Position numbers and translations under genes: made by a program. Below the pieces are notes generated by a model. The model saw only the letters and a list, made by a program, of their open reading frames with translations, had not been told where the DNA came from and did no database searches. Positions 34,667 to 42,499 of a DNA stretch of 44,838 nucleotides are shown here, piece by piece. This DNA comes from a bacterium (GTDB taxonomy: Bacteria; Auribacterota; UBA3054). The stretch covers positions 1 to 44,838 of the forward strand of contig JAGCDY010000074.1 in the NCBI GenBank assembly GCA_017650925.1, given 5' to 3'. Numbering within the stretch: position 1 is the stretch's first letter; the number at the start of each line of letters is the position of its first letter.

Positions 34667-36094
34667 ATGACGACTTTTCTCATCGGTCTGGGAATACTTA
34701 TTTTCGGCGGCGCCCTCTACGGCCGCTTCATGGAAAGATTTTTCGGCGTTGAAGACAGGCCGACTCCCGCGATAGTAAAAAACGACGGCAAGGAATACGT
34801 TCCGATGCCGACCTGGAAATGCGCGCTCGTCCATCTTCTCAACATCGCCGGCACAGGACCGGTGCTGGGGCCCATCCTGGGCATTATTTTCGGCCCAATA
34901 GTCTTCATAACCATTCCCCTAGGCTGCGTATTCGCCGGGGCCGTGCACGACTATATGATCGGCATGATCTCGATCAGGGAGGACGGTGCGCAGATGCAGG
35001 ATCTCGTGAACAAGTACCTCGGGAGGCACATAGCGCTGCTCTTCGACGTCTTCATCTGCCTTATGGCGCTGCTGGTGGTCGTCACTTTCACCTACTCCCC
35101 CGGCGATATCGTGGTCACAAGTTTCCTGAACAAGGAAGCGGATGTTGGCACTTACCAGACATGGGTAGCTTATGCCGTGATCTTCATATATTATCTTTTG
35201 GCCACCTACATGCCGATAGACAAGCTGATCGGCAGAGTCTATCCCGTCATTGGCAGCCTTTTCATCCTTTCGGCCGTTATCATCTTCGCCCTGATCTTCC
35301 TGAAGAAACTGCCGCTGGAAGAACTCAGCTGGGCCAACTGGCGCGGAAAAGAAGCCAACATGATCCCCCTCTTTTTCGTGACCGTGGCCTGCGGCATAGC
35401 CTCGGGCTTCCATTCCACACAGGCGACCTTGATCGCCCGTTCCGTAAAGCATGAAAGATGCGGCCGCAAGGTCTTCTTCAATATGATGCTGGTCGAGGGC
35501 TTCATCGCCATGATCTGGGCGGCCGTCGCCATGGGCGTCGCGGCAAAATTTGAGCTCAGCAACCCCAAAGACGCCAACTTGACGCTGGTGGAGATCATAA
35601 GATTTCTCCTGGGCAGCAAATTTGGCATCATCGTCATGGCCGGATTCATAGTTCTGCCCATAACCACGGGCGGCACGACCATGCGCGTCCTGCGCATCAT
35701 AATGAGCGAGCTGCTGAAAATAAAAAAAGAAAATCTTCTCGGCAAGATCCTGCTGGGCGCATTCATAGTGATCGCTTCGCTCTCCCTGCTCCTTTTCGTG
35801 AAGTTCCAGCCGGACGGCTTCCAAATGATCTGGCGGTATTTCGCCTGGAGCAACCAGATCATCGTGGTCTTTACCCTGGCGGTCGTGACGGCCTATATGG
35901 TTCGGCAAAAGAAACTCATCGTTTTCACGGTCCTGCCGGGCGCTTTTTATCTGTTCGTGGTGTCAAGTTTCATTTTGCACGCCGAATTCGGATTCAATCT
36001 CAGCTGGGACAAATCCTATCTTATCTCCGGCCTGCTCTCGCTGGCTTTCATAGGCTATTTCAGTTGGAAAAAATATTTAACAAGGAAGGCATGA
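34667..36094 (+). CDS. cstA: Carbon starvation protein A family transporter (paralog 1)
   Basis: Motifs TPA...DG..YVPM, LLNIAGTGP, GCVFAGAVHDY, TVACGIASGFHSTQ, EGFIAMIWA and WRYFAWSNQ. Confidence 0.9.
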   Translation: MTTFLIGLGILIFGGALYGRFMERFFGVEDRPTPAIVKNDGKEYVPMPTWKCALVHLLNIAGTGPVLGPILGIIFGPIVFITIPLGCVFAGAVHDYMIGMISIREDGAQMQDLVNKYLGRHIALLFDVFICLMALLVVVTFTYSPGDIVVTSFLNKEADVGTYQTWVAYAVIFIYYLLATYMPIDKLIGRVYPVIGSLFILSAVIIFALIFLKKLPLEELSWANWRGKEANMIPLFFVTVACGIASGFHSTQATLIARSVKHERCGRKVFFNMMLVEGFIAMIWAAVAMGVAAKFELSNPKDANLTLVEIIRFLLGSKFGIIVMAGFIVLPITTGGTTMRVLRIIMSELLKIKKENLLGKILLGAFIVIASLSLLLFVKFQPDGFQMIWRYFAWSNQIIVVFTLAVVTAYMVRQKKLIVFTVLPGAFYLFVVSSFILHAEFGFNLSWDKSYLISGLLSLAFIGYFSWKKYLTRKA

Positions 36095-36095
36095 C

Positions 36096-37598
36096 ATGTG
36101 GACGTTTCTTACCGGTCTGGTGATCTTGGGCGTAGGCGGCTGTCTTTACGGCAGCTTCGTTGAACGTTTCTTCGGCGTCAGCGATAAACCGACGCCGGCC
36201 GTTACGAAAGCTGACGGCGTGGACTACGTTCCCATGTCAAGCTGGCGCAACGGGCTTATCCACCTTCTTAACATAGCCGGGACCGGCCCCATACTGGGAC
36301 CCATCCAGGGCATTCTCTTCGGGCCGATGGCCTTCATCACCATCCCCCTGGGCTGCATCCTGGCAGGCGCGGTCCAGGACTACATGATCGGCATGATCTC
36401 CACAAGGAATGACGGCGAGCAGATCGAGAGTCTGGTGAAACGCTTCCTCGGCAAACACGTGGCTTTCTACTTCGGCATCTTCGTCCTCCTGGCGGTATTG
36501 CTGTTCGGCGTGACCTGCGTCTACACTCCGGGCGACATCTTCGTAAAAGGCGTGCTCAAGAAGAGCGCTGAAATCAACAGTTGGTATCTTTGGGTGGTTT
36601 ACGGTGTGATCTTCGGCTACTATCTCATCGCCACCCTGCTCCCCATCGACAAGATCATCGGCAGAGTTTACCCCTTCATCGGGGGCTTCTTCATCTTCAC
36701 GGCCATTTTGCTCTTTGTTTACATTTTCGCGGAAAAACTTCCCCTGAAAGAGCTTGACCCCTCCAGCTTGTGGAGTTGGAAACAAGACCCGGTAAATAAA
36801 TTCTTCCCCATCTTCTTCGTGACAGTCGCCTGCGGCATCGCGAGCGGTTTCCACGCCACCCAGGCCACCATCATCTCCCGCACCTTGACGCATGAAAGGG
36901 AAGGCCGCAAAATATTCTACAACATGATGCTCGTGGAAGGTTTTATCGCCATGATCTGGGCGGCCGTCACCATGGGCGTGATCGAGCTCTACGACATAAA
37001 TACCACCGAAAACGCCACGAACATGCTGGCCGAGATCATCGACGACGTTCTCAAGGTCTTCAATATCGACAACTCTTCCCCCCACGATGACCTCGTCTAC
37101 GTTGTCGGCAAACTCTTCTCCAACGGCATCGACATAGTGGTCATCCTAGGCGTCATCGTCCTGCCCATTACCAGCGGCGACACGGCGCTCCGAAGCTGCC
37201 GCCTGATGGCCGGCGAAATGCTTGGCGTCGACCAGAGCAAACCAGAAAACCGCCTAAAATTGGGCGCCGCCATCTTCGCTCTGACCGCCGTTCTCCTTTT
37301 CGTCGCCAAATTAAGCAACAGCGGCTTCCAGCTTCTCTGGCGCTACTTCGCCTGGGCCAACCAGACGATCGTGGTCTTCTCTTTGGCTGTGGCCACCGCC
37401 TGGTGCATCAAGGAGGGCAAGTCCATCTGGGTCACGGTGCTGCCGGGCGCCTTTTACCTGACCGTCACTTCCTCCTTCATACTGAGCGCCCCGATCGGTT
37501 TCAACCTGCACTGGCTGGTAGCTGACATCATCGCCGCGGTCCTCGCTTTGGCCTACATCATCTACTTCGTCAATCTGAAGAAAAAAACTTCCCTTTAA
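36096..37598 (+). CDS. cstA: Carbon starvation protein A family transporter (paralog 2)
   Basis: Motifs DGVDYVPM, LLNIAGTGPILGPIQG, ACGIASGFHATQ, PITSGDTALRS and WRYFAWANQT. Confidence 0.92.
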   Translation: MWTFLTGLVILGVGGCLYGSFVERFFGVSDKPTPAVTKADGVDYVPMSSWRNGLIHLLNIAGTGPILGPIQGILFGPMAFITIPLGCILAGAVQDYMIGMISTRNDGEQIESLVKRFLGKHVAFYFGIFVLLAVLLFGVTCVYTPGDIFVKGVLKKSAEINSWYLWVVYGVIFGYYLIATLLPIDKIIGRVYPFIGGFFIFTAILLFVYIFAEKLPLKELDPSSLWSWKQDPVNKFFPIFFVTVACGIASGFHATQATIISRTLTHEREGRKIFYNMMLVEGFIAMIWAAVTMGVIELYDINTTENATNMLAEIIDDVLKVFNIDNSSPHDDLVYVVGKLFSNGIDIVVILGVIVLPITSGDTALRSCRLMAGEMLGVDQSKPENRLKLGAAIFALTAVLLFVAKLSNSGFQLLWRYFAWANQTIVVFSLAVATAWCIKEGKSIWVTVLPGAFYLTVTSSFILSAPIGFNLHWLVADIIAAVLALAYIIYFVNLKKKTSL

Positions 37599-39961
37599 TG
37601 AAAGCGAAGGAAAAAGTTCTATGTTTCCTTGAGAAGCGCGGCGCGGCTATCGTCTTCACAGCCGCATTGGCGCTCTTTCTCTTTTTGCGGTTCAAACTCT
37701 TCTTCAAGTACGGACTCTCGCAGGATGAGGTGCTGATCATCTCGCAAGTGAGGACCTGGGATCCCGTGAAGATCTGGCACTACTACGGCTTCAGGGGGCA
37801 GGGCTTTTTCCTGCAGCATTACATCTTCTACGTTCTTTCCCTGTGCGGCGTTTTCGCGAGCGTGAGCTACTTGAGGTTCATCTGCCTCGCCGAATCATTC
37901 CTGGGCTTCTTTTTGCTTTTCAAATTCACGAAGAAATATTTCGGAGCGCTCGTCTGTTTCGGGGCGCTCCTTGTCTACGCTCTCAGCCCCTACCAGATAA
38001 TCTACACGCTCTACATCCGCTTCTACGCCCTCGTGATGACCCTCGTCATCGCGGAGTGCTATTTCTACTTCGAGGCGCTGGAAAAAGAGGATTGGAAGAA
38101 ACTCTGGCTGCCGGCGCTCTTCGCCGCTCTCGCTTACTGCACGCACCAGTTCAGCGTCTTCATTCAGCCGGTCTTTCTTGTGCACTTCCTTATCTTCTGT
38201 CTTGCCCGCCGCCCGAACAAGGCCAACGCGAAATGGTTTGTTTGGGGCGCGCTTACGCTTGCTTTCATCGCGGGCCTCGCTCTCTGCGCTCCCGCCTTGG
38301 CAAAGAAGACCGGGCTTGTTTTCGGCGCCCGGGACGCCTGGCTGCCGGTGAAACTCGGCCTGGCCTCCCAGAGGCTGCAGTTCTTTTTCTGGAACGACGC
38401 CCTCCCCTTGCGCGTCTGCTCCCTGGTCTTCCTCTGGCTCAGCCTTGGTCTGGCCATAACCGCCAGGATCGCGAAGAGGGAAAAAATTCTCCCGGTAATA
38501 TTCCTTGTCCTCGGGATCGTCATCCCCTACTTTTTCCTGAGCCACTTTCATTTCGCGCATTTCTTCGACAAGCGCTATCTGGCTTTCTGGTTCCCGATCT
38601 GGACGGTCGCCTGGGTCGTCTGGCTGGAATTCCCGGCCTACGTCTTGGGCAACCTTAGAGTCTTAGAGGGCAAAACGGTGCTGCGCAACGTAAGCGCCGG
38701 AGTTTTCTTTTTGGTCTTTCTGATATCCTTCTTCCGCTTCAGCTCCCTCTTTAAGATGCGCTGGATCGAAAGCGGGAACCGCGAGGCCGTGACCTTCCTG
38801 GAAGAGCGGGCCGCAGGGAAGGATCTTCCTCTGATCCTCATCAGCGAACCGGACGCCGGCTCACGCAACAACATTCTGCCGCAATATTATTTCGACGTGT
38901 TGGACCACAAGGGAGAGGCCTGCCTCGATCTCCTGACGGTCATGCGCAAAGGCGCGGCCTACGAAAAAATGGACGAGTCCGCCGTGGTCTGGTCGCAGAC
39001 CGCCAAGAGGCTCAAAAAGCCCGAAGCTTTCGAGCGCTCCCAGATCGGCAGCCACGAGCTGATCTACGGGGGAACGTTCACCAACTGGCACGACGTCGCG
39101 GCGGCCACCGCGAAGGTCATTCCCGAATCAGCAAAACTTATGCCGTCCGGTCCACTGTATTATGAAGGCGTTCTGGACGTCGGATCGAAAGAAGCTGACA
39201 CTCATCTGCTCTCAGGCTTCTCGCACGACGAATTCGTCAGTCCCGAGGAGAACTGGACCTGGTGCGTCGGCACGAACATCACGGCCCGCTTCATGTTCAT
39301 GGGCTGCTCGAACTACTGCGTCGCGGCGCGCGTCAGGGCCATCGAAAAGATGCGGGCCGACTTTTTCCTGGACGGCCAGCCGGTTGGAAGCGCGACTATC
39401 GGCACGGCTTTCACGAACGTACTTTTCAGGGCAAACGTCATTCCCAAACCGCGGCCCAATGGCGCTCCCCTTCTGCTGAACGTAGTGACGAGCGGAACGA
39501 AGGTCCCGGGACAGGTCGCGAAAGGCGTCTATGACAACCGTCCGCTTTCCCTCTGTTTCGACAAGCTGACGGTCTGCCCCGCACCGGACGAAGAAGATCC
39601 GGCTGCCGCCATCGGCCTTGCCGACCATAGGCCGAAAGCGCGGAAGGCGAAGGCCGGAGAGCCTTTCGAGATCACGGTGCTCTGCGCCAATCTCGGAAAA
39701 ACGACCTGGGAATGCCAGGGAAATAACCCCTTCAGGCTTTCCCTGAGCTGGCAGAATTTCGACCACAAGGAGATCCAGGACGACAGGATCTGGCTTACCA
39801 GGGACGTTCCTCCCGGCGACACCATAAGGGTGAAGTGTTCGGTCAAAGCGCCTGAAAGATCTTGCAACGTGCTTCTCCTGGACATGGTCCACGAGAACGT
39901 CAGATTCTTCCGCCAGTGTTTACCTTTGGCAGTACAAATAGAAATCGATCCAAGGAGATAG
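37598..39961 (+). CDS. GT-C fold (GT39/ArnT/PMT-like) membrane glycosyltransferase with extracytoplasmic C-terminal domains
   Basis: First TM followed by LSQDE (the DE motif), then ALSPYQIIY..YIRFYAL, A...THQF and KRYL. About 11-13 hydrophobic segments. Soluble C-terminal third. Confidence 0.78.
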   Translation: MKAKEKVLCFLEKRGAAIVFTAALALFLFLRFKLFFKYGLSQDEVLIISQVRTWDPVKIWHYYGFRGQGFFLQHYIFYVLSLCGVFASVSYLRFICLAESFLGFFLLFKFTKKYFGALVCFGALLVYALSPYQIIYTLYIRFYALVMTLVIAECYFYFEALEKEDWKKLWLPALFAALAYCTHQFSVFIQPVFLVHFLIFCLARRPNKANAKWFVWGALTLAFIAGLALCAPALAKKTGLVFGARDAWLPVKLGLASQRLQFFFWNDALPLRVCSLVFLWLSLGLAITARIAKREKILPVIFLVLGIVIPYFFLSHFHFAHFFDKRYLAFWFPIWTVAWVVWLEFPAYVLGNLRVLEGKTVLRNVSAGVFFLVFLISFFRFSSLFKMRWIESGNREAVTFLEERAAGKDLPLILISEPDAGSRNNILPQYYFDVLDHKGEACLDLLTVMRKGAAYEKMDESAVVWSQTAKRLKKPEAFERSQIGSHELIYGGTFTNWHDVAAATAKVIPESAKLMPSGPLYYEGVLDVGSKEADTHLLSGFSHDEFVSPEENWTWCVGTNITARFMFMGCSNYCVAARVRAIEKMRADFFLDGQPVGSATIGTAFTNVLFRANVIPKPRPNGAPLLLNVVTSGTKVPGQVAKGVYDNRPLSLCFDKLTVCPAPDEEDPAAAIGLADHRPKARKAKAGEPFEITVLCANLGKTTWECQGNNPFRLSLSWQNFDHKEIQDDRIWLTRDVPPGDTIRVKCSVKAPERSCNVLLLDMVHENVRFFRQCLPLAVQIEIDPRR

Positions 39962-39963
39962 AT

Positions 39964-41106
39964 ATGCAATTAAAGATCCCCTTCAACAAACCGTATATGA
40001 CGGGGCGCGAGCTCGCCCTGATAGCGGACGCCCACGCGTCCAGACATCTCTCCGGCGACGGAAAATATACCAAGCTCTGCAACAAGTGGCTGGAGGAATT
40101 GTCCGGCGCCAAAGCGGCGCTTCTGACGCACTCCTGCACGGCGGCGCTTGAGATGTCCGCGCTGCTCTGCGATATCAAGCCCGGCGACGAAGTGATCGTC
40201 CCCTCCTTCACTTTCGTCACGACCGTCAGCTCTTTTGTCATGCGCGGCGCCGTGCCGGTCTTCATCGACATCAGGCCCGACACGCTCAACATGGACGAGA
40301 CGAAGATCGAAGCCGCCATTACGGAAAAGACCAGAGCCATCGTTCCCGTCCACTACGCGGGCGTCGGCGCCGAGATGGATACCATTGTCGCCATCGCGAA
40401 AAAACACAACCTGATGGTCGTGGAGGACAACGCCCAGGGCGTCATGAGTTCCTTTAAGGGAAAACCCCTGGGCTCCTTCGGAAATTTGGCCGCGGTCTCC
40501 TTCCACGAGACAAAGAACATTATTTCCGGCGAAGGCGGCGCCCTCTACGTCAACGACGAAGAGCTCATCAGCAAAGCTGAAATAATCAGGGAGAAAGGCA
40601 CAAACCGCGCGCGCTTCTTCAGAGGCCAGGTCGACAAGTACACCTGGGAAGATCTGGGTTCCTCTTATTTGCCGAGCGAGATCTTGGCGGCTTTCCTCTG
40701 GGGGCAGATCAAGGAAGCTTATGAAATAACCGACAGACGTTTGAAGATCTGGCAGACTTATCACGAAGCGTTCGCCGGACTCGAGAAAGAAGGTCTCGTT
40801 AGAAGGCCCATCGTTCCCGAATACTGCAAGCACAACGCTCACATGTATTATCTGCTCTTCAATTCGCTGGAAGAAAGGACCGATTTCATAGCGAAGATGA
40901 GAGAAGCCGGCATCGGCTGCGTTTTCCATTATCTGCCGCTGCACGACTCACCCGCCGGCAGAAAATTCGGCCGCTTCAACGAAGAGCTTCCCGTGACGAA
41001 AAAAGTTTCCGACACACTCGTCAGACTCCCCTTGTGGGTCGGTCTTGAAAAAGACGGGCAGTTGGAAGAGGTCATAGAGAAGGCCATCGGGATAATCAGG
41101 CAGTAA
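39964..41106 (+). CDS. rffA: dTDP-4-amino-4,6-dideoxygalactose transaminase
   Basis: Motifs IPFNKPY, SGDG.YT, LTHSCTAALEM, PVHYAGV, SFHETKN (PLP Lys), REKGTNR..FFRGQVDKYTW and VFHYLPLH. ATG 39964 after AAGGAG. Confidence 0.93.
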   Translation: MQLKIPFNKPYMTGRELALIADAHASRHLSGDGKYTKLCNKWLEELSGAKAALLTHSCTAALEMSALLCDIKPGDEVIVPSFTFVTTVSSFVMRGAVPVFIDIRPDTLNMDETKIEAAITEKTRAIVPVHYAGVGAEMDTIVAIAKKHNLMVVEDNAQGVMSSFKGKPLGSFGNLAAVSFHETKNIISGEGGALYVNDEELISKAEIIREKGTNRARFFRGQVDKYTWEDLGSSYLPSEILAAFLWGQIKEAYEITDRRLKIWQTYHEAFAGLEKEGLVRRPIVPEYCKHNAHMYYLLFNSLEERTDFIAKMREAGIGCVFHYLPLHDSPAGRKFGRFNEELPVTKKVSDTLVRLPLWVGLEKDGQLEEVIEKAIGIIRQ

Positions 41107-41128
41107 AGTATTCATTGCTTAATTTTTC

Positions 41129-41162
41129 AAAACGGGCGATTTTTGTTAAATCGCTCGTTTTT
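41129..41162 (+). terminator. Probable intrinsic terminator after rffA
   Basis: AAAACGGGCGATTT-ttgtt-AAATCGCTCGTTTT hairpin ending in a T-run. Confidence 0.7.
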
Positions 41163-41193
41163 AATTATTTATATTCAAATATTATTTCCTCTC

Positions 41194-41222
41194 TTGTTTC
41201 CAAATTAAAGTTTTCGTATAAT
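41194..41222 (+). promoter_or_regulatory. Putative sigma70 promoter for the AraC gene
   Basis: TTGTTT-N17-TATAAT, then a GAGAGGAG RBS before ATG 41255. Confidence 0.55.
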
Positions 41223-41254
41223 TAGTTCGGTAACAAAATCGAGAGGAGTTTTGT

Positions 41255-42295
41255 ATGGGTAGGAGAAAAAAGGAAGCCGTTCCTGAGGAAGTAAAAAAAC
41301 CGAAAAAGAGAGGGAGAGCGAAAAAGGAGATCCCTGAAAGCGCTCCCAAGAGAAAGTACCAGCGCCAGAAAAAAGGATTCAACGAGATTCCCAGTCCGGA
41401 GATCATTCCCATAAACCAGGCGGTCTCGAATCTGACTTCCGATCCGGAAATGTATTTTCTGCCGATGGCCCAGGATGAGATCTACCTCATCAATCCTTAC
41501 GCCTGCGGCGTGTCGTCCTGGCTCCCGAAAGCCAAGCTGTCGCGCAGGAACTGTCCTTTCTTCTCCGTCGAGCTGGTGCTCGAGGGCAAGGGAGAGCTAA
41601 CGGTGAACGGCAACACCTATGATCTCGAGCCAAAGGATGTTTTCCTGCTCCACTTCGACGAGGATCATGTTTATCAGAACACCGGTTCCGGCCGCTGGAA
41701 AAAAGTCTGGATATCTTTCAGGCACAGCCTGCTCACTCCCGGCTTGAATCAGCTCGGGCTTGACATGATCTCGAAAATATCCCTGAAGGATCAGGATTTC
41801 GAGCAGATCAGGCGTCTTTTCTTCGACGTGCTGGACGAGATCAGGGACCGCAACAAAGACTTCAGGATCAACGCTTCCGCCACCTGCTACAAGATCTTCC
41901 ATCTGCTCGCCCGCTACGCCAAGGTCATAAGCTCCCAAAGAGCGAACGTGGTGCCGGCGCAGGTCCAGGCCGTGGTCTCCTACGTTGAGAAACACCTCAG
42001 GGAGCCCATATCGATGGACGATCTGGCCAACGTGGCCGGGTGCTGCCGCGTGCATCTGACGAGGCTGTTTAAAAAGCACATGGGCATACACACCAGGGAC
42101 TGGCTCATCCAGCTGAGGATGCGGCACGCCTGCATGATGCTGAAAACGACGAACCTTCCCGTGCATCTCATAGCGGAGGAAGTCGGTTTCGACGATCCCT
42201 ATCACTTCAGCACAGCCTTCAGGCGCACCGTCGGCCAACCTCCCACCAAATATAGGAAAATGGCCAAGAGCGACGCGCTGGACGACGAGCTCTAA
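41255..42295 (+). CDS. AraC-family transcriptional regulator with basic N-terminal extension
   Basis: Cupin-like ELVLEGKG.L.VNG..Y.L...DVFLL region. C-terminal LTRLFKKHMG...IAEEVGFDDPYHFSTAFRRTVGQPP..YR. Confidence 0.93.
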   Translation: MGRRKKEAVPEEVKKPKKRGRAKKEIPESAPKRKYQRQKKGFNEIPSPEIIPINQAVSNLTSDPEMYFLPMAQDEIYLINPYACGVSSWLPKAKLSRRNCPFFSVELVLEGKGELTVNGNTYDLEPKDVFLLHFDEDHVYQNTGSGRWKKVWISFRHSLLTPGLNQLGLDMISKISLKDQDFEQIRRLFFDVLDEIRDRNKDFRINASATCYKIFHLLARYAKVISSQRANVVPAQVQAVVSYVEKHLREPISMDDLANVAGCCRVHLTRLFKKHMGIHTRDWLIQLRMRHACMMLKTTNLPVHLIAEEVGFDDPYHFSTAFRRTVGQPPTKYRKMAKSDALDDEL

Positions 42296-42296
42296 C

Positions 42297-42325
42297 TTGA
42301 CTTTAGAGGGCAATAAGAGTAGAAT
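42297..42325 (+). promoter_or_regulatory. Sigma70 promoter for tRNA-Asn
   Basis: TTGACT-N17-TAGAAT, ending 21 nt upstream of the tRNA. Confidence 0.75.
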
Positions 42326-42346
42326 CTATCCCATAAAAATTTGAGC

Positions 42347-42421
42347 GCCGCAGTAGCTCAATGGCAGAGTACCTGGCTGTTAACCAGGGTGTTGTTGGTT
42401 CGAGTCCATCCTGCGGCGCCA
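42347..42421 (+). tRNA. tRNA-Asn (GTT)
   Basis: Acceptor stem GCCGCAG/CTGCGGC, discriminator G, encoded CCA. D arm GCTC-AATGGCA-GAGT. Anticodon arm CCTGG-CTGTTAA-CCAGG. T loop TTCGAGT. Confidence 0.96.
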
Positions 42422-42426
42422 TTAAT

Positions 42427-42463
42427 AAAGACCTTCGCTTCGGCGGGGGTTTTTCTTTTTTTT
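42427..42463 (+). terminator. Rho-independent terminator after tRNA-Asn
   Basis: GACCTTCGC-TTCG-GCGGGGGTT stem with a cUUCGg tetraloop, followed by a long T-tract. Confidence 0.88.
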
Positions 42464-42499
42464 GCTAGAATAGTAATAAATAAAGTTAAGGATGCCGCT

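Noticed and set aside
39862-39963. N-terminal extension of rffA
   Set aside because: It overlaps the GT-C gene. The RBS and homology point to ATG 39964.
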